A DNA stretch of 64,000 bases from Gammaproteobacteria bacterium. GTDB taxonomy: Bacteria > Pseudomonadota > Gammaproteobacteria > Eutrophobiales > Eutrophobiaceae. Below the pieces are notes generated by a model that was not told the origin of the DNA, did not search any database, and saw only the letters and a program-made list of their open reading frames with translations. A program made the translations under genes and the position numbers. Numbering within the stretch: the stretch's first letter is position 1; each line of letters begins with the position of its first letter. This document shows, in pieces, positions 20,356 to 32,139 of the stretch. Location: contig CBDEUK010000002.1 in the NCBI GenBank assembly GCA_965243205.1, forward strand, positions 1,568,001 to 1,632,000. The letters are read 5' to 3'.

Positions 20356-20493
20356 AATTAAACCTTTAAAAGATGTTTGAGTAATTCGAAAGGCGGCGAT
20401 TGTAACGAAGATTATCAAGAATTCCTATCATTTAGCGCTTACAATACATTCTTATGATTTATAATTAATCAAACTCTTCATAGGAAAGTAAGT

Positions 20494-21051
20494 ATGGCAT
20501 TAATGGAAACCCCTATATGTAATTTTGGCGAAAGAGCCTATGATTTCACTTTAAAAAACGTTGATAGCTCACTCATGAGTCTCGAACAATGTCGTGGTGA
20601 AAATGGAACCGTGATTATGTTCATCTCCAATCATTGCCCTTATGTAAAAGCTATTCAAACTACGTTAGTCTCTGATGCAAATAAACTTTCGGAAATTGGG
20701 GTCAATTGTGTTGCTATCATGCCAAATGATATCGTTAATTATCCTGAAGATTCTTTCGAAAACATGCAACGAGTTGCTCAAGAATGGGAATACCCATTTC
20801 CTTACTTAATCGATGAAACACAAGAAGTTGCACGCCAATACGATGCTAAGTGCACGCCTGATTTTTTTGGCTACAACCGTGATTTAGAACTTCAATACCG
20901 TGGCCGACTAAATTCAATAACACCTTCAAATACAGCGCCTGAAACTATTGGGCAAGACTTAGTCGATGCCATGAGGCAAGTTGCTGAAACAGGCAAAGGT
21001 CCTACACAACAAATACCGAGCATGGGTTGTTCCATTAAATGGCGGAATTAA
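20494..21051 (+). CDS. Thioredoxin-fold/AhpC-TSA family protein
   Basis: SNHCPYV, YDAKCTPDFF, YRGR, SMGCSIKW. Confidence 0.9.
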   Translation: MALMETPICNFGERAYDFTLKNVDSSLMSLEQCRGENGTVIMFISNHCPYVKAIQTTLVSDANKLSEIGVNCVAIMPNDIVNYPEDSFENMQRVAQEWEYPFPYLIDETQEVARQYDAKCTPDFFGYNRDLELQYRGRLNSITPSNTAPETIGQDLVDAMRQVAETGKGPTQQIPSMGCSIKWRN

Positions 21052-21060
21052 CTGTTAACT

Positions 21061-21942
21061 TTAAGATAGTGATGAAAGCTCAATAAAACTTTCTATAAAA
21101 TATATCGCTTTATCTGTTTTTTTCATACCGGCATACAAAGATTTTTGTATGCCATTCTTACCTAACCGAACCAATGTAATTGGTAACGCTTCGAGATAAT
21201 CTTGCGCTAACCACTTTGGCAACACACATATACCTCGATTAAACCCGACTAGCTGTAACATAATCTCAATAGATTCAATCTGCTTATGCTCTCGTACTTC
21301 ACAATTTGCAGGAATTAAAAATTGAGCAAAGATATCTAATCTCTCTACTGCCACAGGAAATGTGAAAAGAGTTTGATCATGCAACATGTGAGGCTTAACA
21401 ATTTTATTGTCAGCCAATACATTACTTTTATTTACAACTAAGACCGTTTCATAATCGAACAAAGAAACATAATGCAAACTCTTATCTTTGATCGGATCTG
21501 GAGTTATCAATAAGTCAATATGGCCATTCGATAAAGCATTAAGTCCACTAAACTGAAACTTAGTCACGATGTCCACATCAACGTCTGGGTATCGATGAAG
21601 AAACTTTATAATTGCTTTAGATAACCAGGTGTAACATGGATAACATTCGACACCAATCCTGAGCATTCCTTGTTTGCCTTCGCCATATGCTTTTAAAGTC
21701 TGTTCTGCCTTATTGATAGTTGGTAATACAGTTTGTGCTAAATGTAATACCAGTTCACCGCTTTGCGTTAATCTCAATTGCCTGCCTTCTTTCTTCCATA
21801 AAGAAGTACCTAGTTTTTCTTCCAAATTTTTCATTTGGTGTGAAAGAGCTGATTGCGTCAAATAAAGCGAGTTAGCCGCTTCAGTTAACGTACCGTACTC
21901 ATGCAAAGCATTAATGATACTAAGATGTATTCGCTCAATCAT
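21061..21942 (-). CDS. metR: LysR-family regulator MetR
   Basis: LTQSALSHQ HTH, LRIGVECYPCYTWL, divergent from metE. Confidence 0.92.
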   Translation of the reverse strand: MIERIHLSIINALHEYGTLTEAANSLYLTQSALSHQMKNLEEKLGTSLWKKEGRQLRLTQSGELVLHLAQTVLPTINKAEQTLKAYGEGKQGMLRIGVECYPCYTWLSKAIIKFLHRYPDVDVDIVTKFQFSGLNALSNGHIDLLITPDPIKDKSLHYVSLFDYETVLVVNKSNVLADNKIVKPHMLHDQTLFTFPVAVERLDIFAQFLIPANCEVREHKQIESIEIMLQLVGFNRGICVLPKWLAQDYLEALPITLVRLGKNGIQKSLYAGMKKTDKAIYFIESFIELSSLS

Positions 21943-21948
21943 TTATAT

Positions 21949-21963
21949 ATGAACATTTCTCAT
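21949..21963. promoter_or_regulatory. MetR binding box
   Basis: ATGAACATTTCTCAT has one mismatch to TGAANNTNNTTCA and lies in the metR-metE divergent spacer. Confidence 0.7.
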
Positions 21964-22047
21964 AAATATTAAATTATATATCATTATTTTTCATGATAAT
22001 AGCTGGATAAACTGCGCGGCCTAATTAACAAACCTAAGGAGACGGTA

Positions 22048-24330
22048 ATGGCCGTTATTCATAATCTAGGCTTTCCACGTATAGGAAAACATCGAGAATT
22101 AAAATTTGCATTAGAACAATATTGGGCAGAACAACTGGATCAAACATCCTTGTTTGCAAAAGCAACAAAGCTACGTGAGGAGCATTGGCGCTTACAATCA
22201 GATTTAACCATGCAAACCGTTGGAGATTTTTCGTTTTATGATCAAGTGCTTGATACGAGTGAATTAGTCGGGAATATTCCTCCACGCTTTCAACAAGAAA
22301 ATAGTATTAGCGGACTCGATAATTATTTTCTCGTTGCAAGAGGTCGATCAACGTCATCGAGCCCTTCTTCACATGCCAGTGAAATGACAAAGTGGTTCGA
22401 TACCAATTACCACTACATCGTGCCTGAGTTTGATTGCAATACGCAATTCAGTTTGCATGCGGAAAACTTGTTGCAACAAATAAAAGAAGCAAAGTCTCTT
22501 GGTTATAAGATCAAGCCCGTTATGATTGGACCTGTTTCGTACTTATGGTTAGGAAAGTCAAAAGACTCAACCAACAAACTTGAGTTGTTAGAGAGCTTAT
22601 TACCTGTATACCTAGAATTATTAAATCAATTACATGCAGAAAATATTGAGTGGGTTCAAATCGATGAACCAGCTTTGGTCATGAATTTATCGCGTGAATG
22701 GATCAATGCCTATGAACATGCTTATTTTGTTTTAAAATCTGCGTTGCCAAAAATTTTATTAACAACCTACTTTGGACCATTAAAAGGAAACTTACGTTTA
22801 GCATGTGAACTACCCATTGATGGGTTACACATTGATGCCATCAATGCCAAACAGGAAGTTGAACAAATAATCGATTGGCTACCTCAACATAAAGTGCTTT
22901 CACTCGGTGTGATTGATGGCAGAAATATTTGGAAAAGTGATCTAAACCAATTATTGGATTGGTTAGAACCATTGTTTGAAAAACGTAAAGATAAACTATG
23001 GCTAGCACCTTCTTGCTCATTACTCCACGTACCTATCGAACTAAAAGATGAGACAAAAATAGATCCCGAAATTTCGTCGTGGATGGCATTCGCAATAGAA
23101 AAAATTCAAGAACTGAACATATTATCTTTAGCATTAACAAAGGGACGTGAATATGTAAAAGATGCATTAACTACCAATAGAGTCGCTATTGATAATAGAA
23201 AAAACTCTAACAAAGCACATAACCCTGATTTGCAACAAAGGCTAAATGAAATATCGGACGATATGACAAAACGTAAGAGTTCACATAAACAAAGGGCAGC
23301 TCTTCATAAGCAACGTTTAAATTTACCGTTATTTCCAACCACAACGATAGGTTCATTTCCACAAACCTCAGAGATTAGAAAAACTCGTAATGATTATCGC
23401 TCAGGAGAAATAACTCGAACTGCTTATGAAAAATTTATACAGGATACGATTGAATATCTGATCCGCGAACAAGAAGCCTATGATTTAGATGTTCTTGTTC
23501 ATGGAGAGCCAGAACGAAATGATATGGTGGAATATTTCTCTGAACACTTAGAAGGCTGCTTATCTACACAAGCTGGCTGGGTACAATCCTATGGTTCCCG
23601 TTGTGTAAAACCTCCCATTATCTATGGCGATATTGAACGCCCTAAGGCCATGACAGTAGACTGGATAAACTACGCTCAATCACTGACAGACAAACCTGTT
23701 AAAGGCATGTTAACTGGACCAACAACCATTCTAAATTGGTCATTTGTTCGTGATGATCAACCCTTGGCTGATACTTGCATACAACTTGCCTTAGCGATTC
23801 GGGATGAAGTATTGGATTTAGAAAAATCAGGCATCAACATTATTCAAATCGATGAAGCAGCTTTAAGAGAAGGTTTGCCGCTACGTAAAGAAGATTGGGA
23901 AGACTATCTATCATGGGCAATTAAATCATTTCGCCTAGCAGCGAATGGTGTTAGCGATGAAACGCAAATCCATACCCACATGTGCTATTCAGAATTTAAC
24001 GATATTATTCACGCAATTGCCGACATGGATGCGGATGTCATCACCATAGAAAACTCTCGGTCAGATATGGAGCTATTAGAAGCATTTGTGGATTTCGACT
24101 ACCCTAATCAAATTGGCCCGGGCGTCTATGATATTCATTCGCCAAATGTGCCTGAAATCCAAAATATTATCGATAGCATGAAAAAAGCTACACAACATAT
24201 TCCAATTGAAAATTTATGGTTGAACCCTGACTGCGGATTAAAAACTCGCTCTTGGGAAGAAGTCAAACCTGCATTGATGAACATGGTGGAAGCCGGGAAA
24301 CAATTACGTAGTGCTCACGGTCAGTCTTAA
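22048..24330 (+). CDS. metE: Cobalamin-independent methionine synthase
   Basis: [44 protein letters not shown]. Confidence 0.98.
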   Translation: MAVIHNLGFPRIGKHRELKFALEQYWAEQLDQTSLFAKATKLREEHWRLQSDLTMQTVGDFSFYDQVLDTSELVGNIPPRFQQENSISGLDNYFLVARGRSTSSSPSSHASEMTKWFDTNYHYIVPEFDCNTQFSLHAENLLQQIKEAKSLGYKIKPVMIGPVSYLWLGKSKDSTNKLELLESLLPVYLELLNQLHAENIEWVQIDEPALVMNLSREWINAYEHAYFVLKSALPKILLTTYFGPLKGNLRLACELPIDGLHIDAINAKQEVEQIIDWLPQHKVLSLGVIDGRNIWKSDLNQLLDWLEPLFEKRKDKLWLAPSCSLLHVPIELKDETKIDPEISSWMAFAIEKIQELNILSLALTKGREYVKDALTTNRVAIDNRKNSNKAHNPDLQQRLNEISDDMTKRKSSHKQRAALHKQRLNLPLFPTTTIGSFPQTSEIRKTRNDYRSGEITRTAYEKFIQDTIEYLIREQEAYDLDVLVHGEPERNDMVEYFSEHLEGCLSTQAGWVQSYGSRCVKPPIIYGDIERPKAMTVDWINYAQSLTDKPVKGMLTGPTTILNWSFVRDDQPLADTCIQLALAIRDEVLDLEKSGINIIQIDEAALREGLPLRKEDWEDYLSWAIKSFRLAANGVSDETQIHTHMCYSEFNDIIHAIADMDADVITIENSRSDMELLEAFVDFDYPNQIGPGVYDIHSPNVPEIQNIIDSMKKATQHIPIENLWLNPDCGLKTRSWEEVKPALMNMVEAGKQLRSAHGQS

Positions 24331-24616
24331 AAATCATTTATGCAAAACTGAATATGGCTGAATCATGCCACATTGATTCAGCCATATTTGATAAAAATAC
24401 AGAAATTCAGCTAAAAAAAAGCGATTTGTAGCGAAAATCCACAATACCATGCCTAAATTTACTTGCTCATAACAACCTAGTAATAGAGAATACGCCCTTC
24501 TTTTTATAAGTCCGGATCTCACCAGTATTAACTTCAACTGGTATTCCTGAGCAGCAACAAAATCCCATCAAAGAGGATTCTCAGGAATCAATGCCGACAA
24601 CTATCAATGGTACAAA

Positions 24617-26659
24617 ATGACTATGAAACAACAAACAGCCTCTGAGAATTCTAGCGAGGCCGTGAGTCCATCACGCCAACAATTAGCCAATGCAATCCGT
24701 GCTTTGAGCATGGATGCTGTACAAAAAGCCAAATCAGGGCATCCTGGTGCACCTATGGGGATGGCCGATATAGCAGAAGTGTTATGGAATAATTTTATGC
24801 GCCATAACCCAGCTAATCCAAATTGGATTAATCGTGATCGTTTTATCATGTCAAACGGTCATGGCTCAATGTTGTTGTATTCGGTGTTACATTTAACTGG
24901 TTATGACCTTTCCATTGATGATTTAAAAAACTTTCGTCAATTGCATTCAAAAACACCTGGTCACCCTGAATACGGTTATGCTCCTGGTGTTGAAACCACA
25001 ACAGGTCCTTTAGGACAAGGTATTGCGAATGCGATTGGGATGGCGATAGCCGAACAAGTATTAGCATCAACTTATAACCGACCTGACCATAATATTATTG
25101 ATCACTATACATATGTTTCTGTGGGCGATGGCTGTTTAATGGAAGGCATCTCGCATGAAGTCTGTTCACTAGCCGGGACTTTAAAACTTGGCAAACTGAT
25201 TACGCTGTTTGATTCCAATCAAATTTCGATCGATGGTGATATCTCAGGTTGGTTTACCGATGACCATGCGAATCGCTTCCGTTCGTATGGCTGGCATGTC
25301 ATCGAAAATGTCGATGGTCATGATCCAGAAGCAATTGATCAAGCTATTAAACAAGCTCAGGCTGAAACTGATAAACCTAGTTTTATCATTATTAACACCA
25401 TTATTGGTAAAGGTTCTCCGAACAAGCAAGGTTCTGAAAGCAGCCATGGTGCACCTTTGGGCGACGATGAAATTGCTGCGACTCGTAAAGAACTCGGTTG
25501 GGAACACGCGCCTTTTGAAATTCCCGAAGATATCTATAACGGTTGGAATGCCAAACAATCTGGTCAAAAACTAGAATCTGAATGGAACGCTCAATTTATT
25601 GAGTATGAAAAAGCTCACCCAGAATTAGCAGATGAACTTACTCGAAGAATATCAGGCGAATTACCAAGTAACTGGCAACAGTCCATCGATGCTTTTATCC
25701 AACAAACCGTTGAGAAAGCAGAAAAGATTGCATCTCGTAAAGCTTCACAAAATTCATTAAATGCCATCGGCCCTGTTTTGCCAGAACTGATTGGCGGTTC
25801 AGCTGACTTAGCTGGTTCTAACTTAACGATTTGGTCAGGCTCAGAGGATATTCAAACTGAAGGCTCGAAAAACTATATTTATTATGGTGTACGCGAATTC
25901 GGCATGACTGCGATTAATAATGGTATTGCTTTACATGGTGGTTTTATCCCTTATGGTGCAACATTCTTAATGTTCTCGGAATACGCTCGAAATGCTCTGC
26001 GTATGGCGGCATTAATGAAAGTACAGAACATTAATATTTTTACTCATGACTCAATTGGTTTAGGGGAAGATGGCCCAACCCATCAACCAGTCGAACAAGC
26101 TTCTACTTTACGTTTAATGCCTAATATGTCGGTATGGCGTCCATGCGATGCCGTTGAATCTGCTGTTGCTTGGAAAGCCGCAATTGAAAATACCAAAGGT
26201 CCATCCTCACTATTATTTTCACGCCAAGGCTTGCAACATATTGAACGTACTGAACAACAAATAAATGATATTTCTAGGGGTGGCTATATTTTAATTGAAG
26301 GTACCGCTGAACCCGAGGCCATAGTGATTGCAACTGGCTCTGAAGTCGGCATGGCCTTCAACGTTGTCACACAACTTTCAGAATCTGGTCACAAGATCCG
26401 ATTAGTATCAATGCCTTCTACAGATGCATTTGATAAACAAGACTCTGAATATCGAGAATATGTCTTACCACCTGAATGCAGTAAACGCATTGCTGTCGAA
26501 GCAGGTGTCACAGATTTCTGGCGTAAATACGTCGGATTAAATGGAGCAGTTTTGGGTGTTGATACTTTTGGCGAATCAGCCCCAGCAAATGATGTATATA
26601 AACATTTTGGATTAACAGAAGAAAATTTAAGCGAATTAGTAAAATCACTGCTAGATTAA
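24617..26659 (+). CDS. tkt: Transketolase
   Basis: [38 protein letters not shown]. Confidence 0.98.
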   Translation: MTMKQQTASENSSEAVSPSRQQLANAIRALSMDAVQKAKSGHPGAPMGMADIAEVLWNNFMRHNPANPNWINRDRFIMSNGHGSMLLYSVLHLTGYDLSIDDLKNFRQLHSKTPGHPEYGYAPGVETTTGPLGQGIANAIGMAIAEQVLASTYNRPDHNIIDHYTYVSVGDGCLMEGISHEVCSLAGTLKLGKLITLFDSNQISIDGDISGWFTDDHANRFRSYGWHVIENVDGHDPEAIDQAIKQAQAETDKPSFIIINTIIGKGSPNKQGSESSHGAPLGDDEIAATRKELGWEHAPFEIPEDIYNGWNAKQSGQKLESEWNAQFIEYEKAHPELADELTRRISGELPSNWQQSIDAFIQQTVEKAEKIASRKASQNSLNAIGPVLPELIGGSADLAGSNLTIWSGSEDIQTEGSKNYIYYGVREFGMTAINNGIALHGGFIPYGATFLMFSEYARNALRMAALMKVQNINIFTHDSIGLGEDGPTHQPVEQASTLRLMPNMSVWRPCDAVESAVAWKAAIENTKGPSSLLFSRQGLQHIERTEQQINDISRGGYILIEGTAEPEAIVIATGSEVGMAFNVVTQLSESGHKIRLVSMPSTDAFDKQDSEYREYVLPPECSKRIAVEAGVTDFWRKYVGLNGAVLGVDTFGESAPANDVYKHFGLTEENLSELVKSLLD

Positions 26660-26702
26660 TCTGTTTGAAATTATTAAAAAATAGATTGGAGAATAGATAA
26701 AA

Positions 26703-27713
26703 ATGGCTATTAAAATAGGCATCAATGGCTATGGCCGTATCGGTCGTAATATTTTACGTGCGTTGTATGAATCGGGCCGCACGGATGAATTTGAAATTGT
26801 AGCGATTAATGATTTAGGTGACGCAGCAACCAACGCTCACTTGACTCAGTACGATAGTGCTCACGGCAAATTTCCTGGCACTGTCAGTGTAGACGGTGAC
26901 TACATGGTAGTTAACGGCGATAAAATTCGTGTGTTGTCAGAACGTGACCCTGCAAAGTTACCTTGGGGCGAATTGGGTGTTGAAGTTGTTCATGAATCAA
27001 CTGGTTTTTTTGCTAGCAAAGAAAAAGCCTCTGCTCACTTAGCTGGCGGCGCTAAAAAAGTTATTATCTCAGCACCAGGCGGCTCTGATGTTGATGCAAC
27101 AATTGTCTATGGTGTTAATCAAAACGTATTAACTTCATCTGATACCGTTATCTCCAATGCATCATGTACTACCAACTGTTTAGCACCAGTGGTTAAAGTA
27201 CTTCACGATAATATTGGTGTCCAACATGGTGTAATGACCACTATTCATTCTTATACCAATGATCAAGTATTAACCGATGTATTTCACTCAGATTTACGTC
27301 GTGCTCGTTCTGCAACTGAGTCAATGATTCCAACCAAAACAGGGGCGGCAGCGGCAGTAGGATTGGTATTACCTGAACTAAACGGTAAGTTAGACGGTTT
27401 TGCGGTTCGCGTACCAACTATTAATGTATCAATGGTTGACTTAAGTTTTGTTGCTAATCGAGAAACAACAATTGAAGAAATCAATTCATTGATGAAAACC
27501 GCTGCTGAAGGTGAAATGAAAGGTGTGCTTGCATATAACGATGCACCGTTAGTTTCTATCGACTTTAACCACGATCCTGCTTCATCTACTTTTGATGCCG
27601 GCATGACTAAGGTAATCGATGGTACTTTAGTAAAAGTGATCGCTTGGTATGATAACGAGTGGGGCTTTTCTAATCGTATGTTGGATACCACAAAAGCATT
27701 AGTGAATGCATAA
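26703..27713 (+). CDS. gap: Glyceraldehyde-3-phosphate dehydrogenase type I
   Basis: [25 protein letters not shown]. Confidence 0.98.
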   Translation: MAIKIGINGYGRIGRNILRALYESGRTDEFEIVAINDLGDAATNAHLTQYDSAHGKFPGTVSVDGDYMVVNGDKIRVLSERDPAKLPWGELGVEVVHESTGFFASKEKASAHLAGGAKKVIISAPGGSDVDATIVYGVNQNVLTSSDTVISNASCTTNCLAPVVKVLHDNIGVQHGVMTTIHSYTNDQVLTDVFHSDLRRARSATESMIPTKTGAAAAVGLVLPELNGKLDGFAVRVPTINVSMVDLSFVANRETTIEEINSLMKTAAEGEMKGVLAYNDAPLVSIDFNHDPASSTFDAGMTKVIDGTLVKVIAWYDNEWGFSNRMLDTTKALVNA

Positions 27714-27729
27714 TTTATAGGCCAACATC

Positions 27730-28935
27730 ATGTTTACTCATAGCAACAGCTTAGATTTAGGTAATAAAAAAGTTTTAATCCGCGTTGATTTCAATGTGCC
27801 TTTAAAAGATGGGGTGATTGAAGATGACACACGAATTAAAGCCTGCTTACCCATTATCAATCAGTGTTTAGAAGCTGGTGCCAAAGTAATGTTAATGTCA
27901 CATCTTGGTCGTCCAACTGAAGGCGAATATGAAGAAAAATATTCTCTTGCACCAGTCGCTAATTATTTAAGTGACCTGTTAGACCGTGATGTTGCACTTA
28001 TTAAAGACTGGTTAGATAAAGACAGCAGCACGTTTCCAGATATCGCGTTAATGGAAAATGTGCGCTTCGAAGTTGGCGAGAAGGCAAACGATGATGATCT
28101 AGCTCGGAAAATGGCTAACCTATGCGATGTCTTTATTAATGATGCATTTGCAACAGCACATCGTGCTCAAGCATCGACACATGGCGTCGCAAAATATTCT
28201 CCGCGTGCATGTGGTGGCCCGCTACTGGTCGCTGAAGTTGAAGCCTTATCCAAAGCCTTAGCAGATCCACAAAAACCTATGGTAGCAGTGGTTGGTGGCT
28301 CTAAAGTTTCAACTAAATTAACCATCCTCAGTGCTTTATCAGATAAGGTTGACCAATTAATTGTCGGTGGTGGCATCGCTAATACCTTTTTAAAAGCGGC
28401 AGGCTACAACATTGGTAAATCGTTATACGAAAAAGATTTAGTTGATGATGCTAAAGAAATCATCGAAAAAATTAAAGCCAAAGGCGGTGAGTTGCCGTTA
28501 CCTTGGGATGTGGTTTGTGCTACAGAATTTTCTGAAGAGGCCAAAGCAACAACCAAAGGTATTAATGAAGTAGAAGACGATGATTTAATTTTAGATGTAG
28601 GCCCTGAAACCAGTAAACATTTGGATAAGTTATTATCCGAAGCCAAAACCATTGTTTGGAACGGTCCATTAGGTGTTTTCGAGTTTGAACAATTTTCTGC
28701 AGGGACCAAAGCATTAGGAGAATCGATTGCAAACAGTGATGCATTCTCAATTGCAGGCGGTGGTGACACATTATCGGCGATTTCAAAATTTAATCTAACC
28801 GATCAAATTTCATATATATCTACTGCAGGCGGTGCTTTTTTAGAATTTCTAGAAGGCAAAGAACTACCAGCCATCGCTATCTTGGAAGAGTCAGCACGTG
28901 CTTGGGAAGCTATGGAACGTGCTCGAGAATATTAG
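27730..28935 (+). CDS. pgk: Phosphoglycerate kinase
   Basis: [29 protein letters not shown]. Confidence 0.98.
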   Translation: MFTHSNSLDLGNKKVLIRVDFNVPLKDGVIEDDTRIKACLPIINQCLEAGAKVMLMSHLGRPTEGEYEEKYSLAPVANYLSDLLDRDVALIKDWLDKDSSTFPDIALMENVRFEVGEKANDDDLARKMANLCDVFINDAFATAHRAQASTHGVAKYSPRACGGPLLVAEVEALSKALADPQKPMVAVVGGSKVSTKLTILSALSDKVDQLIVGGGIANTFLKAAGYNIGKSLYEKDLVDDAKEIIEKIKAKGGELPLPWDVVCATEFSEEAKATTKGINEVEDDDLILDVGPETSKHLDKLLSEAKTIVWNGPLGVFEFEQFSAGTKALGESIANSDAFSIAGGGDTLSAISKFNLTDQISYISTAGGAFLEFLEGKELPAIAILEESARAWEAMERAREY

Positions 28936-28974
28936 TTAAGGATTATTACGTTAAGAGGTTTAATTACACTTTAA

Positions 28975-30417
28975 ATGAGAAGAACAAAAATTATTGCTAC
29001 TTTGGGACCTGCGACGGATGATCCTAAAGTATTAGAAAAGTTATTTGATTATGGTCTTGATGTTGTACGTCTAAACTATTCTCACTCTAGTCACGAAGAC
29101 CATGAACGACGTTTAAACGAAGTTCGTGCTTTATCCGAAAAACGCCATCATGCTGTTGGTGTTATTGCAGATTTACAAGGTCCTAAAATTCGTATTCAAC
29201 GTTTTGGCTCTGGAAAGATTGCTTTAAAAGAAGGCGATCCGTTTACCTTCGATATTGATCTGGCAGAAAACGATGGGGACACCGAACACGTTGGCGTTAG
29301 TTATAAAGCCCTACCAAAAGATGTAAAACCAGGCGATGTGATCTTACTCGATGATGGTCGCGTCGAAGTATTGGTCAAAGAAGTGAATGATCATGAAGTA
29401 AAATGTAATGTGATTACTGGTGGTGAGCTGTCCGACCGTAAAGGCATGAATTTACGTGGTGGGGGTTTATCTGCTGCTTCATTAACCGATAAAGACAAAG
29501 CCGATCTTAAACATGCAATTAAAATCGGTGCTGACTTTATTGCAGTATCATTCGTACGCAGTGCTGAAGACATCCATGAAGCGAGAAAACTAATCGCTGA
29601 TGAAGGTAGCTCAGCCAGCATCATCGCTAAAATCGAACGTTCCGAATCTTTAGATTGCATTGAATCGATTATAGAAGCTTCAGACGTCATCATGATTGCT
29701 CGTGGTGATTTAGGCGTAGAAATTGGCGATGCCAGTCTACCTCCAGTACAAAAACAATTGATCAAACTCGCAAGAGAAATGGATCGAGGTACGATTACCG
29801 CTACACAAATGATGGAATCTATGATTTCTTCACCAATTCCAACTCGTGCTGAGGTATTTGACGTCGCAAATGCGGTACTTGATGGTAGCGATGCGGTGAT
29901 GTTATCGGGTGAAACCAGTGTCGGTAAACATCCACACAAAGTAGTCGAAGCAATGGCTCGGATCTGTGAAGAAACTGAAAAACAACGCATGACACGAGTT
30001 TCCGACCATCGTATCAATCAACGCTTTGAATCCATTGGTGAAGCCATTGCTATGTCATCAATGTATGCAGCCAATCATATTGGTGCCAAAGCCATCGCGG
30101 CTTTGACGGAATCTGGTGCTACTTGTGTTTGGATGTCACGTATCAGCTCTGGGATTCCTATTTTTGCATTCACACGCCATGAAGCCAGTCGCCGTAAGGC
30201 AACCTTGTACCGAGGCGTTTATCCAGTAAAATTTGATATCACCCATACCGATCCACTCGAAGCCAATAAAGAAATCATTGAAATTCTAATGGAAAAGAAA
30301 GTACTCGAAGAAGGTGACGTTGTTATTATTACCAAAGGTGATTTACGTGGAACACGTGGAAAAACCAATAATATGAAGATAATTCGGGTCGGAGAAGCGA
30401 TCGAACACACACTTTGA
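28975..30417 (+). CDS. pyk: Pyruvate kinase (PykA type)
   Basis: RRTKIIATLGPA, MIARGDLGVE, ATQMMESM, DAVMLSGET. Confidence 0.98.
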   Translation: MRRTKIIATLGPATDDPKVLEKLFDYGLDVVRLNYSHSSHEDHERRLNEVRALSEKRHHAVGVIADLQGPKIRIQRFGSGKIALKEGDPFTFDIDLAENDGDTEHVGVSYKALPKDVKPGDVILLDDGRVEVLVKEVNDHEVKCNVITGGELSDRKGMNLRGGGLSAASLTDKDKADLKHAIKIGADFIAVSFVRSAEDIHEARKLIADEGSSASIIAKIERSESLDCIESIIEASDVIMIARGDLGVEIGDASLPPVQKQLIKLAREMDRGTITATQMMESMISSPIPTRAEVFDVANAVLDGSDAVMLSGETSVGKHPHKVVEAMARICEETEKQRMTRVSDHRINQRFESIGEAIAMSSMYAANHIGAKAIAALTESGATCVWMSRISSGIPIFAFTRHEASRRKATLYRGVYPVKFDITHTDPLEANKEIIEILMEKKVLEEGDVVIITKGDLRGTRGKTNNMKIIRVGEAIEHTL

Positions 30418-30588
30418 AGAAAAAGTCATAGAATTTAAATATTCAAATATTACAATCGTTTACTATACTGATTTAAAAAAATACTAATGCGACTAAAGGA
30501 ATAGCCAACAAACACTCCAACTAGTAATCAATCGGCGGTTTTGTTTTCCGCCCAAAGTTACATACTGATTAATTAATTGAGGAAAAAA

Positions 30589-31617
30589 ATGAGCGCGCAA
30601 GAACTTGAACAAACTGCCAAAGCAATGGTTGCTCCAGGTAAAGGTATCCTGGCTATTGATGAAAGCTTCCCAAGCATTAAGAAACGTTTTGACAGCATTA
30701 ACATTGAATCAAACGAAGAAAATCGTCGAGCCTACCGTGATTTACTAATCACTAACCCTGGTTGCTCTGAATTTGTAAGTGGCATGATCCTTTTTGATGA
30801 GACCATTCGTCAATCAACCGCAGATGGCACTCCATTCCCAAAAGCACTTATCGACCAAGGTATTATGCCAGGAATTAAAGTCGATACAGGCGCAAAAGAT
30901 TTAGCTGGCCGTCCAGGTGAAAAAGTTACTGAAGGTTTAGATGGTTTGCGTGAACGCTTAGCAGAGTATAAAGAACTCGGCGCTAAATTCGCTAAATGGC
31001 GCGCAGTTATTACCATTGGCGAAGGTATTCCTTCTCGCGGTTGTATCGAAGCCAATGCTCATGCACTAGCTCGCTACGCTGCTCTTTGCCAAGAAGCAGG
31101 TATAGTTCCAATGGTTGAGCCTGAGGTTTTAATGGATGCCGATAACACCATTGATACTTGTTATGATGTAACCAGCGCAACCTTAGAAACCTTATTCAAT
31201 CAATTACGATTACAAAATGTGGCCTTAGAACACACCATCTTAAAAACCAATATGGTTGTTTCAGGCAAACAATGTCCTAGCCAAGCTGGTGTACAAGAAG
31301 TCGCTGATAAAACCATTAAGTGTTTATTAAATTCAGTACCAGCTACTGTTCCTGGTATTGTGTTCTTATCAGGCGGCCAAGCTTCTGCTACTGCAACAGC
31401 ACACTTGAATGCTATGAACGCAACATATAAAAACTTGCCTTGGCCAGTTAGCTTTTCTTATGGACGTGCTCTACAAGAAGATTGCTTAAAAACCTGGGGC
31501 GGTGATGCAGCTAAAGTTGCAGAAGCACAAAAAGTATTATTACATCGTGAAAAATGTAATAGCCTAGCCTGCTCAGGCGATTACAGCGACTCACTAGAAA
31601 AAGTTGCTGCTGCTTAA
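30589..31617 (+). CDS. Fructose-bisphosphate aldolase class I
   Basis: GKGILAIDES, AKFAKWR, IVPMVEPEV, VFLSGGQ, FSYGRALQ. GAGG SD precedes ATG 30589. Confidence 0.95.
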   Translation: MSAQELEQTAKAMVAPGKGILAIDESFPSIKKRFDSINIESNEENRRAYRDLLITNPGCSEFVSGMILFDETIRQSTADGTPFPKALIDQGIMPGIKVDTGAKDLAGRPGEKVTEGLDGLRERLAEYKELGAKFAKWRAVITIGEGIPSRGCIEANAHALARYAALCQEAGIVPMVEPEVLMDADNTIDTCYDVTSATLETLFNQLRLQNVALEHTILKTNMVVSGKQCPSQAGVQEVADKTIKCLLNSVPATVPGIVFLSGGQASATATAHLNAMNATYKNLPWPVSFSYGRALQEDCLKTWGGDAAKVAEAQKVLLHREKCNSLACSGDYSDSLEKVAAA

Positions 31618-31630
31618 AACTGAATAACTC

Positions 31631-31773
31631 AAGGAAACACTGAAAACGTTATCGAGGCAGTTAATAAGAGGCAAACAGCTACGAAAAGAGGGAGTTTATA
31701 AATTATAAATGACCGATTTTGAGTAGATGTTTAACGAAGTAATGACAACGTAGATAGTTTTCTGTGTTTTTTT
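31631..31773. repeat. About 143-bp MITE-like/RPE-like palindromic element
   Basis: Imperfect terminal inverted repeats AAGGAAACACTGAAAAC and GTTTTCTGTGTTTTTTT (14/17), internal dyad with central TTTATAA-A-TTATAAA. Confidence 0.65.
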
Positions 31774-31793
31774 GTTATAGTTAAATTCTTAGG

Positions 31794-31821
31794 ATGCCCT
31801 GCTTAGCCAGGGCATTTTTTT
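31794..31821 (+). terminator. Intrinsic terminator after fba
   Basis: ATGCCCTG-cttagc-CAGGGCAT followed by a T-tract. Confidence 0.85.
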
Positions 31822-31843
31822 GTTTGATATGTGGGGATGTTAA

Positions 31844-32116
31844 ATGTCTGATAATCTGAATAACCTTTCTGAACAAGCTCAAGCTGCCTTAGAAGCGTAT
31901 AAAAAAATGTCAGAAAGTAAGCGAGCTTACTTTTCTGTTTTACAAGCAATCGACGTTAAGTATAAAGATGGCGGCAATGCCACTGAAGAAGAAGAAAAAA
32001 AACTGGGCGATTTATTATTGGAACATGATAAGTGTGTCACTGCATTTAACGAAAAAATGGAAAAAGTAACAGATGGAGATGATCGTATTGCTTTGATTAA
32101 ATGTATGAGTGCTTAA
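31844..32116 (+). CDS. Small helical hypothetical protein (90 aa)
   Basis: GGGGA SD, codon style similar to neighbours, no recognised domain. Confidence 0.75.
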   Translation: MSDNLNNLSEQAQAALEAYKKMSESKRAYFSVLQAIDVKYKDGGNATEEEEKKLGDLLLEHDKCVTAFNEKMEKVTDGDDRIALIKCMSA

Positions 32117-32139
32117 ATACTGTTTATACACATAACAAA

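Noticed and set aside
24334-24537. 67-aa minus-strand ORF between metE and tkt
   Set aside because: No convincing SD or protein features, and it overlaps the probable tkt promoter region.
27284-30410. Long antisense ORFs (135, 121 and 208 aa) opposite gap, pgk and pyk
   Set aside because: These are shadow frames of codon-biased genes with no recognisable motifs. The same applies to the other short overlapping ORFs in the track.
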